A program made the translations under genes and the position numbers. From the human T2T-CHM13v2.0 reference genome, Homo sapiens, in NCBI RefSeq assembly GCF_009914755.1, contig NC_060933.1: a DNA stretch of 64,000 nt, one strand, 5' to 3'. Under the pieces are notes generated by a model. The model was given only the letters and a program-made list of their open reading frames with translations, made no database searches and was not told the origin of the DNA. Shown in pieces: positions 27,936 to 42,412 of this stretch (positions are counted from its first letter, which is position 1; the number at the start of each line of letters is the position of its first letter).

Positions 27936-28429
27936 GTAAGGTTACTTCTTCTTTCAGACTTTGCAGTTAGTACTTACACAGAAGTAAAACAATAGAATTT
28001 TTTTATGGCAGTTTCAATTTAGGTGCAAATACTATGTTTAAATTATAAGAGTGTCACTGTCTTTTAGTAATATTGTTTGAAAGGATTTGTGCTTAACTGG
28101 CCTTGACTATAGAAGCTTGGCTGCTCCCAATAAAGAGGAAAAGTATCACGTCTTCTCTCTAGGGCAGACTTATTTAACAGGACATGTCTCTGGTCTGGGC
28201 TGATGATAGAATTGCTGACCTTCTGCTGAACAGTGCCACCACCACATCCCACCTAAGTGATGGTGGGGAGTGGGGATAACATTTATTCTCCCCTCAGCTA
28301 GGGAGGGACCCTTCAATATTCCAAACCCACCTAGTAGAGGGAGGGCAGGAGGTGGCTTTAAGGCTTGCTTTGTTTAATTCACACACGGAGAATGTGCTCT
28401 CTGTTTAAGGAAGAGCCCAGTGGGTTTGC

Positions 28430-28649
28430 CAGATTTCTCAGCCTCGACACTATTGACATTTGGGTCTGATAATTTCTTTGTTGTTGGGGGCTGAATTATA
28501 TTTTATTGGATGTTCAGCAGCATTGCTGGCTTCTACCCATTAGATTCCATTGCAGCCTTCATCCCTCCTAGTAGTGGTAACTGAATATTTCTCCAGACGC
28601 TGTCAAATGTCCTCTGGGGGGCAAAATCACCCTGGATTGAGAACCATTG
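28430..28649. mobile_element. MER20 hAT-Charlie MITE
   Basis: ttctcagcctcgacactattgacatttggg...caaatgtcctctgggggg caaaatcacc...ttgagaaccattg. Confidence 0.85.
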
Positions 28650-29762
28650 ACCTAGACAGTAAGATTTTAGACTGCAGACAACTTAAGAAAGGAGACCCAA
28701 TCTAGCTTAGTTTTTTTTTTTATGTTTGTTTGTTTTGTTTTGTTTTATTATTTTTTAAAATATCCAGTCCCTAGCAGATACCTGGTGCATGATATGCATT
28801 CAAGTAAACATTGCTTGGATGAATGAATGAAAAGCCACTGTTATATATTTTTAACCTTTAAAATATCTACTTCAGTGCCTAATATAGTGTAACAGCCAAT
28901 GAACAAATGTTTTCTGGTCTCTCTTAATATTCTTACAGGTGTTAACAAAGAGCAAGAATTCCTACTAATGAGTACTTGAGGAAGAAAAATCACAGGAAAA
29001 ATAAATCTTTTGCATGCCTTAATGTGCATGAAGCCATCTTCCTGGCCTGTTAGGATTTTAAGCTAATAATATAAGTCTAAAAATATAGTCTTACCATTTC
29101 CAAAGGAAATGCCGTAATTGCAAGTGAAAAAGCAAGGCTCATTGACTTCCTCACCTCCTCTCCTCACCAAAGTTCATCTGGATGCTGGGTCAGTAAAATT
29201 CCTCCCTCACTGAGTGTGGGAGCCAGTCCTCTCCGGCACCAGATACAATCTCCAAGAGCCCAGGCTGCCAGCTTCCCTGCAGGAGAAAAATAGATGGCTC
29301 GGTTCAGTTTGTGGTTACTGAACCTTTAAGCTTCATTTGCCAGCAGGTAATGCTTTTATCTCACTTGTCACAATCAACACCTGAAGAATAAATCTACTGC
29401 CTAATTAAAGCTAAACCCTTTGCACCTAAAATTTAGGAGATGTCTCATCTCCAAGTACATACGGAATAGCACGGCAGAGAGAAAAAGCCATTCCCACCAC
29501 GCACAGATTTAAACCGACAATACATATAGTATAATCTGCCCTTCACTGTCTCTTTACCTAAACTCTTTATGGCATTTTAAGCTTCTTGGACAAGATTTTC
29601 TATTTAATGGGAAATATCACTAAGTTCCATATCACTGGCTGTACATTTAAAGAACTGCTGCATTCAAACAACCAAAATCGTTAAGGCACACTGCTATTTT
29701 TATCAGGGATAAGGTCAGAGCATTTATTATAATTAAACAAAAGAGCAGAAGGAAGGAAGAGT

Positions 29763-29885
29763 AGTGGTTTGCCGGAGACAAATTAGAACCACCTGGGAGG
29801 TGTTTAAAAGTCCCAAGGGTCAGGCCACACCTCAGATCAATTAAATCAGTATCTCACGGCTGATACCCAGGCATTATAAGTTTTT
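29763..29885. mobile_element. MER5A1-like MITE, left part
   Basis: agtggttt...attagaaccacctgggagg...gatcaattaaatcagtatctc...cccaggcatt; continues at 44704. Confidence 0.7.
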
Positions 29886-29900
29886 AAAAATAAATGCTTT

Positions 29901-32422
<2,522 letters not shown>

Positions 32423-32855
32423 TGTCAGGCCTCTGAGCCCAAGCTAAGCCATCATATCCCCTGTGACCTGCAGGTATACATCCAGAAGGCCTGAAGTAAC
32501 TGAAGAACCACAAAAGAAAGCCAGTTCCTGCCTTAACCGATGACATCTCTCCATTGTGATTTGTTCCTGCCCCACCCTAACTGATCAATCGACCTTGTGA
32601 CATTCCTTCCCTGGACAATGAGTCTCATGATCTCCCCACCCTGCACCTTGTGACCTCCACTTCTGCCCAAAAGAGATAACCACGTTTAACTGTGCTTTTC
32701 CACTGCCTACCCAAATCCTATAAAACTGCCCCGCCCCTATTCTCCCTTTGCTGACTCCTTTTTCGTACTCAGCCCGCCTGCACCCAGGTGATTAAAAAGC
32801 TTTATTGCTCACACAAAGCCTGTTTGGTGGTCTCTTCACACAGACTCATGTAACA
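32423..32855 (+). promoter_or_regulatory. 5' LTR (LTR7 family, possibly LTR7C)
   Basis: tgtcaggcctctgagcccaagc...taaca; TATA tataaaa 32719-32725, GC box ccccgcccc just downstream, ATTAAA 32791-32796. Confidence 0.9.
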
Positions 32856-32857
32856 TT

Positions 32858-32876
32858 TGGTGCCAAAGACCCGGGA
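32858..32876 (+). other. Primer-binding site, tRNA-Phe-like
   Basis: tggtgccaaagacccggga versus Phe PBS TGGTGCCGAAACCCGGGA and His PBS TGGTGCCGTGACTCGGAT. Confidence 0.75.
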
Positions 32877-32991
32877 CAGGGGGACTCCTTCGGGAGACCA
32901 GTGCCCTGTCCTTGCCCTCTCTCCTTGAGGAGATCCACCTACAACCTTGGGTCCTCAGACCAGCCCAAGGAACATCTCACCAATTTTAAAT

Positions 32992-33000
32992 TGGGTAAGC
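32992..33000 (+). promoter_or_regulatory. HERV-H major splice donor
   Basis: tgg|gtaagc at the leader position of the HERV-H donor. Confidence 0.65.
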
Positions 33001-33378
33001 AGCCTCGTTTTATTCTCTTCTCCAACCTCTCTGGCTATGCCTCCACCTTTCAATCTCTCCCTTAATTTCGGTTCCTTTCCCTTTCTGGTAGAGACAGAGG
33101 AGATGCATTTTATCCGTGAACTCAAAACTCTGGTGCCGGTCATGGACTTGGGAAGACAGTCTTCCCTTGGTGTCTAATCACTGCTGGAACACCTGCCTGA
33201 TTATTCACCACATTCTAGAGGTGTCTGATCACGGCGGGGATGCCTGCCTTGATCCTTCACCTTGGTGGCAAGTGCCACCTGCCCTTGGTGTCAGGTACCA
33301 CCTCCCCCTGGTGGCAACTACCACCTCCCCTCTCTCCGTGTCTCTACCCTCTCTTTTTTCTAAACTTGCCTTTTTACT

Positions 33379-34645
33379 ATGGGCAACCTTCCACTCTCCA
33401 TTCCTCCTTCTTCTCCCTTAGCCTGTGTTCTAAAACACTTAAAACCTCTTCAACTTTCATCTGACCTAAAACCTAAGAGTCTTATTTTCTTCTGCAACAC
33501 CGCTTGGCCCCAATACAAACTTGGCAATGGTTCTAAATGGCCAGAAAATGGCACTTTTGATTTCTCCATCCTACAAGATCTAGATAATTTTTGTCGAAAA
33601 ATGTGCAAATGGTCTGAGGTGCCTGATGTCCAGGCATTCTTTACACATTTGTCCCTCCCTAGTCTCTGCTCCCAATGCCACTCATCCCAAATCTTTCTTC
33701 TTTCTCTCCTGTCTGTTCCTTCAGTCTTCACCCCAAGCTCTGAGTCCTTTGAATCCTCCTTTTCTATGGACCCATCTAACCTCTCTCCTCCTCCCCAGGC
33801 TGCTCCTCACCAGGCCAAGCCAGGTCCCAATTCTTCCTCAGCCTCAGCTCCCCCACCCTATAATCCTTCTATCACCTCCCCACCTCACACCTGGTCCGGC
33901 TTACAGTTTCATTCTGTGACTAGCCCTCCCCCACCTGCCCAACAATTTCTTCTTAGGTGGCTGGAGCTGAAGGCATAGTCAAGGTTAATGCTCCTTTTTT
34001 TTTTTTTTTTTTTTTTAGCCGACCTCTCCCAAATCAGTTGGTTTTTAGGCTCTTTTTAATCAAATATAAAAACCCAGCCCAGTCCATGGTCCATTTGGCA
34101 ACAACCCTTAGATGCTTTACCACCCTAGACCCATAGGGTCCAGAAGGCCATCTTATTCTCAATATGCATTTTATTACCCAATCTGCTCCCAACATTAGAA
34201 AAACCTCCAAAAATTAGATTCCAGCCCTCATACCCCACAACAGGACTTAATTAACCTCGCCTTCAAGGTGTACAATAACAGAGAAGAGGCAGCCAAGCGG
34301 CAACATATTTCTGAGTTGCAATTACTTGCCTCCACTGTGAGACAAACCCCAACCACTCTCCAGCACATAAGAACTTCAAAATGCCTAAACCGCAGTAGCC
34401 AGGTGTTCCTCCAGGACCTCCTCCCACAGGATCTTGCTTCAAGTGCTGGAAATCTGGTCACTGGGACAAGGAATGCCCACAGCCCAGGATTCCCCTTAAG
34501 CTGTATCCCATGTGTGCAGGACCCCACTGGAAATCAGACTGTCCAACTTGCCCAGCAGCCACTCCCAGAGCCACTGGAACTCTGGCCCAAGGGTCTCTGA
34601 CTGACTCCTTCCCAGATCTTTTTTGCTTAGTGGCTGAAGACTGAC
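33379..34645 (+). pseudogene. gag: HERV-H gag (disrupted)
   Basis: 199-aa ORF MGNLPLSIPPSSPLACVL...WPQY...KWSEVP with a PPPY late domain; zinc knuckle CFKCWKSGHWDKEC near 34434; frameshifts and stops. Confidence 0.85.
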
Positions 34646-34689
34646 ACTGCCCAATTGCCTCGGAAGGCTTCTGGACCATCACTGACGCT

Positions 34690-37600
34690 TTGGGTAAATC
34701 TTATATTGGAGGGTAAGTCTGTCCCCTTCTTAATCAATATGGAAGCTACCCACTGCACATTACCTTCTTTTCAAGGGCCTGTTTCCCTTGCCTCCATAAC
34801 TGTTGTGGATATTGATGGCCAAGTTTCTAAACCTCTTAAAACTCCCCAACTTTGGTGCCAACTTGGACAACATTCTTTTATGCACTCCTTTTTAGTTATC
34901 CCCACCTGCCCAGTTCCTTTATTAGGTTGAGAGGTTTTAACAAAATTATCCTCTACCCTGACTATTCCTGGACTACAGCCACATCTATTGCTGCCCTTCT
35001 CCCCAAACCAAAGCCTCCTTCATGTCTTCCTCTTGTATCCCCCTACCTTAACCCACAAGTATGGGATGCCTCTACTCCCTCCCTGGCAACCGATCACACA
35101 CCCATTACTATCCCATTAAAACTTGATTACCTTTACCCTGCTCAATGCCAGTACCCCATCCCACAACAGGCTTTAAGGGGACTAAAGCCTGTTATCATTC
35201 GCCTGCTGCAGCATGGCCTTCTAAAGCCTATAAACTCCCTTTACAATTCCCCCATTTTACCTGTCCAAAAACCAGACAAGTCTTACAGGTTAGTTCAGAA
35301 TCTGTGCCTTATCAACCAAATTGTTTTTCCTATCCACCCTGTGGTGCCCAACCTGTACACTCTTTTGTCCTCAATACCTTCCTCCACAACTCACTATTCT
35401 GTTCTTGATATTAAAGATGCTTTTTTCACTATTCCCCTGCACCCCTCATCCCAGCTTTTACCTCGTCTTTGCTTTTACCTGGACTGAACCTGACACCCAT
35501 CAGTCCCAGCAGCTTACCTGGGCTGTACTGCCACAAGGCTTCAGGGACAGCCCTCATTACTTCAGCCAAGCTCTTTCTCATGATTTACTTTCTTTCTACC
35601 CCTCTGCTTCTCGCCTTATTCAATATTTTGATGATCTTCTTCTTTGCAGCCCCTCTTACTAATCTTCCCAGCAAGACACTATCCTGCTTCTTCAACATCT
35701 CTACTCAAAGAGGTACCAAGTATCCCCCTCCAAGGAACAAATGTCATCCCCTGGCGTTACCTATTTCGGTATAATCCTCCAACAACATACACGTGCCCTT
35801 CCTGCAGACCATGTTCAGTTAATCTCCCAGACCCCAATCCCCATCACCAAACAACAACTCCTTTCCTTCTTAGGCATTGTTAAATATTTCTGACTCTGGA
35901 TACCAGGCTTTGCTATCCTAACCAAAACCACTTTACAAGCTCACAAAGGGTAACTTAACTGATCCCATAGACCCTAAGTCTTTTCCCCATTCTTCCTTTT
36001 GCTCTCTCTCAAAAAGGCCCCGGAGACAGCTCCCACACTAGCACTCCCCAACTCATCCCAAACTTTTTCCTTACACACAGCTGAAATACAAGGCTGTGCT
36101 GCTGGAGTCCTCACACAGGAGCCAAGCCCATGACCTGTTGTCTTTCTATCAAAACAACTTGACCTCACAGTTCTAGGCTGGCCCTCATGTCTGTGTGGGG
36201 CAGCAGCCACCACTTTAATACTTCTAGAGGCCCTCAAAATCACAAGCTATGCTCCACTTACCCTCTACAGTTCTCACAATCTTCAAGCATTAATATCCTT
36301 CTCATACCTTTCACATTTATTGTCTGCCCCTCAACTCCTCCAGCTCTATTCACTCTTTGTTAAAACTCCAACAGTAACTATTACCCATGGGCCTGATTTC
36401 AGCCCAGCTTCTCACTTAGCACCCAACACAAGTCCTGAATCACATGACTGTATTTCTTTAATACACATAGCATCTTCCCCTTTTCCTCATATTTCTACTC
36501 TTCCAATTCCAAACACAGACCACACTTAGTTAATCTATGGCAATTCTTCTAAACTCAATCAATTTTCACCAGCTAAAGCTGGATATGCTGTCATGTCCCA
36601 TACCTCTATTATCGAAGCTGCTGCACTTCCTCCCTCCACTACTTCCCAACAAGCCGAACTGATTGCTTTAACTCATGTGCTCTCTCTCGCTAAAGGAATG
36701 CACATTAACATTTACACTGACTCCAAATATGCTTTCCACATCCTCCATAAACATGCTGCCATTTGGGCTAAAAGAGGTTTTCTCACCACACAAGGCTCTT
36801 CCATTATCAATGCCTCCCTAATAAAGGCCCTCCTTAAGGCTGCTCTTCTGCCAGCCGAGGCTGGAATCATTCATTATAAAGGACACCAGAAACCTACTGA
36901 TCTTATTGCAAAGGGAAATGCCTACGCTGACAGGACAGCTAAAAAAAAAAAAAAAAAAAAAAAAAGCCAATTCCTCCACACCCACTAATATTTCAGCCCC
37001 CACTCCAGAGGGCCAGTATTTTTCTTTCTCCTCTATCATTCCCACCTACTCTTCTTCTGAAAACCTGCTCTACCAGTCTTTTCCAACTCAGGACAAGTGG
37101 TTCTTAGATCATGGAAAATTCATTCTTCCTGCCTCACAAGCTCAGTCCATTCTTTCTTACCTTCATGACCACTGCCACGTGGGATACAAGCCTCTGGCTT
37201 GCCCTTCTGCAGCCCTTCATCCCCTTCCCTTCATGGAAATCCATCCTTAAGACCTTCACCTCTCAATGCTCTGTCTGCCACGCCAGCAGCCCCCAAGGCT
37301 TTCTCAGGCCTCCTCCTTTTCCTACACATCAGGCCCATGGATTTACTCCAACACAAGATTGGCAGATTGACTTTACTCCTATGCCCCATGTCCATAAATT
37401 TAAGTATCTCCTGGTTCAGTCGACAACTTCAACAGATAGGTCAAGGCCTTTCCCACTAGCTCCAAAAAGGCTACTGCAGTCATCTCTTCCCTTCTAACAG
37501 ATATGATTCCCTGATTTGGCCTCCCTTCTTCTATTCAATCTGACAATGGTCTGGCTTTTATTAGTCAAATCACCCAAGCAGTTTCTCAGGCTCTTGGTAT

Positions 37601-37711
37601 TCAGTGAAACCTTCATACCGCTTACCGTCCTCAATCTTCAGGAAAGGTAGAACAGACTAATGGTCTTTTAAAAACACACCACACCAAGCTCAGCCTCCAA
37701 CTTAAAAAGGA
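34690..37711 (+). pseudogene. pol: HERV-H pro-pol (PR, RT, RNase H, IN; disrupted)
   Basis: YNSPILPVQKPDKSYRLVQ, LDIKDAFF, LPQGFRDSP, YFDDLLL, SQQAELIAL, IYTDSKY, KGHQ, GNAYAD, WQIDFT, QSDNG, PQSSGKVE across several frames. Confidence 0.9.
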
Positions 37712-38053
37712 AAACTCTGTATATTTTTAAATGAAGAGTGTTGTTTTTACCTAAATCAATCTGGCCTGGTATATGACAACATAAAAAAAAAAAAAAAAAC
37801 TCAAGGGCAGAGCCCAAAAACTCACCAACCAAGCAAATAATTACACTGAACCCCCTTAGGCACTCTCTAATTGGATGTCTTGGGACCACCCAATTCTTAG
37901 TCCTTTAATACCTGTTTTTCTCCTTCTCTTATTCGGGCCTTGTGTCTTCCGTTTAGTTTCTCAATTCATACAAAACTGCATCTAGGCCATCATCAATCAT
38001 TCTATACAACAAATGCTCCTTCTAACAACCCTACGATATCACCCCTTACCATA
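37712..38053 (+). pseudogene. env: HERV-H env TM remnant
   Basis: ctctgtatatttttaaatgaagagtgttgtttttacctaaatcaatctggc = LCIFLNEECCFYLNQSG (CX6CC motif). Confidence 0.8.
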
Positions 38054-38233
38054 AAATCTTTCTTCAGTTTAATCTCTCCCACTCTAGGTTCCCATGCTGC
38101 CCCTAATCCCACTCGAAACAGCCCTGGGAAACATCGCCCTTTCTCTCTCCATACCACCCCCAAGAATTTTCACTGCCTCAACACTTCACCACTATTTTAT
38201 TTTGTTTTTCTTATTAATATAAGAAGACAGGAA

Positions 38234-38282
38234 TGTCAGGCCTCTGAGCCCAAGCTAAGCCATCATATCCCCTGTGACCTGC
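38234..38282 (+). repeat. 49-bp remnant of the 3' LTR
   Basis: Identical to 32423-32471, then an abrupt switch to L1M sequence. Confidence 0.95.
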
Positions 38283-38350
38283 CTTATAGTAAGTCTTGAA
38301 GTCAGGTAGTGTGACTCCTCCAATTTTGTTCTCCTTCTTTATTATTGTGA
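38283..38350 (-). mobile_element. Continuation of L1MC ORF2
   Basis: ttatagtaagtcttgaagtcaggtagtgtgactcctccaattttgttc, homologous to 39820-39865 of the neighbouring L1PA. Confidence 0.75.
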
Positions 38351-38584
38351 CAGGTTTTTTTTTTTGTTTTTTTTTTTTTTTAGTATACTTTAAGTTCCGG
38401 GATTCATGTGCAGAACGTGCAGGTTTGTTACATAGGTATACTTGTGCCGTGGCAGTTTGCTGCACCCAACTACCCATCATCTACATTAGGTATTTCTTCT
38501 AATGCTATCCCTCCCCTAGCCCCACACCCCTGACAGGCCCCGGTGTGTGATGTTCCCCTCCCTGTGTCCAAATGTTCTCATTGT

Positions 38585-41500
38585 TCAACTCCCACTTATG
38601 AGTGAGAACATGCGGTGTTTGGTTTTCTGTTCCTGTGTCAGTTTGCTGAGAATGATGGTTTCCAGCTTCATCCATGTCTCTGCAAAGGACATAAACTCAT
38701 CATTTTTTATGGCTGCATAGTATTCCATGGTGTATATGTGCCACATTTTCTTTTTCTTTCTTTTTTTTTTTCACAAGACAAAAATCCACTTCACATTTTC
38801 TTTATCCAGTCTATCACTGATGGGCATTTGGGTTGGTTCCAAGTCTTTTTTGCTATTGTGAATAGTGCTGCAATAAATATACATGTGCATGTGTCTTTGT
38901 AGTAGAATGATTTATAATCCTTTGGGTATATACCCAGTAATAGGATTGCTGGGTCAAATGGTATTTCTGGTTCTAGATCCTTGAGGAATTGCCACACTGT
39001 CTTCCACAATGGCTGAACTAATTTACACTCCCACCAACAGTGTAAAAGCATTCCTATTTCTCCACATCCCCTCCAGGATCTGTTGTTTCCTGATTTTTTA
39101 ATGATCGCCATTCTAACTGGTATGAGATGGTATCTCATTATGGTTTTGATTTGCATTTCTCTAATGATCAGTGATGATGAGCTTTTTTTTTTTTTCATAT
39201 ATTTGTTGGCTGCATAAATGTCTTCTTTTGAGAAGTGCCTGTTCATATCCTTCACCCACTTTTTGATGGGACTGTTTGTTTTCTTCTCGTAAATTTGTTT
39301 ATTTGTAGATTCTGGATATTAGCCCTTTGTCAGATGTATAGATTGCAAAAATTTTCTCCCATCCTGTAGGTTGCTTGCTGACTCCAGTGATAGTTTCTTT
39401 TGCTGTGCAGAAGTTCTTTAGTTTAATTAGATCCCAGTTGTCAATTTTGGCTTTTGTTGCAATTGCTTTTGGTGTTTTAGTCTTTGCCCATGTCTATGTC
39501 CTGAATGGGATTGTCTAGGTTTTCTTCTGGGTATTTAGGGTTTTAGGTCTTATGTTTAAGTCTTTAATCCATCTTGAGTTAATTTTTGTATAAGGTGTAA
39601 GAAAGGGGTCCAGTTTCTGTTTTCTGCATATGGCTAGCCAGTTTTCTCAACACCATTTATTAAATAGGGAATCCTTTCTCCATTGCTTGTTTTTGTCAGG
39701 TTTGTCAAAGAGCCGATGGTTGTAGATGTATGGCATTATTTCTGAGGCCTCTGTTCTGTTCCATTGGTCTATACATCTGTTTTGGTACCAGTACCATGCT
39801 GTTGTGGTTACTCTAGCCATGTAGTATAATTTGAAGTCAGGTAGCATGATGCCTCCAACTTTGTCCTTTTGCTTACGATTGTCTTGGCTATATGACTCTT
39901 CTTTGATTCCATATGAAATTTAAAGTAGATTTTTCTAATTCTGTGAAGAAAGTCAATGGCAACTTGATGGGATAGCATTGAATCTATAAACTACTTTGGG
40001 CAGTATGGCCATTTTCATGACATGGATTCTTCCTATCCATGAGCATGGAATGTTTTTCCATTTGTTAGTGTCCTCTCTTATTTCCTTGAGCAGTGGTTTG
40101 TAGTTCTCCTTGAAGAGGTCCTTCACATCCCTTCTAAGTTGTATTTCTAAGTATTTTATTCTCTTTGTAGCAACTGTGAGTGGGAGTTCACTCATGATTT
40201 GGCTCTCTGTTTGTCTATTGTTGGTGTACAGGAATGCTTGTGATTTTTGCACATCGATTTTGTATGCTGACACTTTGCTGAAGTTTCTTATCAGTTTAAG
40301 GAGATTTTGGGCTGAGACAGTGGGGTTTTCTAAATATACAGTCATGTCATCTGCAAACAGAGACAATTTGACTTTCTCTCTTCCTATTTGAATACACTTT
40401 CTTCTTTTCTCTTGCCTGATTGCCCTGGGCAGAATTTCTAATACTATGTTGAATAGGAGTGGTGAGAGAGGGCACCCTTGTCTTATGCCAGTTTTCAAAG
40501 AGAATGCTTCCAGATTTTGCCCATTCAGTATGATATTGGCTGTAGGTTTGTCATAAGTAGCTCTTATTATTTTGAGATCTATTCCATCAATACCAAGTTT
40601 ATCGAGAGTTTTTAGCATGAAGGGGTGTTGAATTTTATCGAAGGCCTTTTCTGCATTTATCAAGATAATCATGTGGTTTTTGTCATTGGTTTTGTTTATG
40701 TGATGGATTACATTTATTGATTTGCATATGTTGAACCATCCTTGCATCCCAGGGATGAAGCTGACTTGATCATGGTGGATAAGCTTTTTGATGTGCTGCT
40801 GTATTCAGTTTGCCAGTATTTTATTGAGGATTTTCACATGATGTTCATAAAATGAGCTAGGGAGGAGTCCCTATTGTTTGGAATAGTTTCAGAAGGAACA
40901 GTACCAGCTCCTCTTTGTACCTCTGGTAGAATTCAGCTGTGACCCTGTCTGGTCCTGGGCTTTTTTTGGTTGGTAGGCTATTAATTACTGCCTCAATTTC
41001 AGAACTTGTTATTGGTCTATTCAGGGATTCAACTTCTTCCTGGTTTAGTCATGGTAGGATGTATGTGTCCAGAAATTTATCCATTTCTTCTAGAGTTTCT
41101 AGTTTATTTGCATAGAGGTGTTTATAGTATTGTCTGATGGTAGTTTATATTTCTGTGGGATCAGTGGTGATATCCCTTTTATCATTTTCTGTTGTGTCTA
41201 TTTGATTCTTCTCTCTTTTCTTCTTTGTCTAAATAACATTCTATCTATTTTGTTACTTTTCAAAAAACAAGCTCCTGCATTCACTGATTTTTAAAGGGTT
41301 TTTTGTCTCTATCTCCTTCAGTTCTTCTCTGATCTTAGTTATTTCTTGTCTTCTGCTAGCTTTTGAATTTGTTTGCTCTTGCTTCTCTAGTTCTTTTAAT
41401 TGTGATGTTAGGGTGCCAATTTTAGATCTTTCCCATTTTCTCCTGTGGGCATTTAGTGCTATAAATTTCCCTCTAAACACTGCTTTAGCTGTCCCAGAGA

Positions 41501-42350
41501 TTCTGGTACTTTGTGTCTTTGTTCTCATTCGTTTCAAAGAACTTATTTATTTCTGTCTTAATTTCATTATTTACCCAGTAGTCATTCAGGAGAAGATTGT
41601 TCAGTTTCCATGTAGTTGTGCAGTTTTGAGTGAGTTTTTAAATTCTGAGTTCTAATTTGATGGCACTGTGGTCTGAGAGACTGTTATGATTTCCATTCTT
41701 TTGCATTTGCTGAGGAGTGTTTTACTTCCAATTACATGGTCAATTTTAGAATAAGTGCGATGTGGTGGCAAGAAGAATATATATGCTATTGATTCGGGGT
41801 GGAGAGTTCTGTAGATGTCTGTTAGTTCTGCTTGGTCCAGAGCTGCGTTCAAGTCCTGAATATCATTGTTAATTTTCTGTTTCATTGATCTAACATTGAC
41901 AGTGGGGTGTTAAAGTCTCCCACTATTATTGTGTGGGAGTCTAAGTCTCTTTGTAGGTCTCTAAGAACTTGCTTTATGAATCTGGGTGCTCCTGTATTAG
42001 GTGCATATATATTTAGGACAGTTAGCTCTTCTTGTTGCATTGATCTCTTTACCATTATGTAATGCCCTTCTTTGTCTTTTTCGATCTTTGTTAGTTTAAA
42101 GTCTATTTTATCAGAGTCTAGGATTGCAACCCCTGTTGTTTTTTGCTTTCCATTTGCTTAGTATATCTTCCTCCATCCCTTTATTTTGAGCCTATGTGTG
42201 TCTTTGCACGTGAGATGGGTCTCCTGAATACAGCACACCAATGGGTCTTGACTCTTTATCCAATTTGCCAGTCTGTGGCTTTTAATTGGGACATTTAGCA
42301 AGTTTATTTTTAAGGCTAATATTTGTTACGTGGGAATTTGATCCTGCCAT
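38585..42350 (-). pseudogene. L1 ORF2 (endonuclease/RT), disrupted
   Basis: Fragments [43 protein letters not shown]; frameshifts, stops and internal deletions. Confidence 0.9.
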
Positions 42351-42412
42351 TATGACGCTAGCTGGTTATTTGCCCATTAGTTGATGCAGTTTTTGCTTAG
42401 TGTCAATGGTCT

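Larger units (their letters stand above)
32423..38282 (+). mobile_element. HERV-H-family provirus (env-deleted, 3' LTR truncated)
   Basis: LTR7-type 5' LTR, PBS, gag/pro/pol motifs, env TM remnant, PPT aagaagacaggaa, start of the 3' LTR. Confidence 0.95.

Noticed and set aside
29301-29324. 8-bp hairpin ggttcagt/actgaacc around a TGTGGT motif
   Set aside because: Too short to distinguish from chance.
39953-40747. 264-aa RT ORF as evidence of an active L1
   Set aside because: Only a fragment; ORF2 has many stops, frameshifts, a deletion near 40847 and an insertion at 38754.
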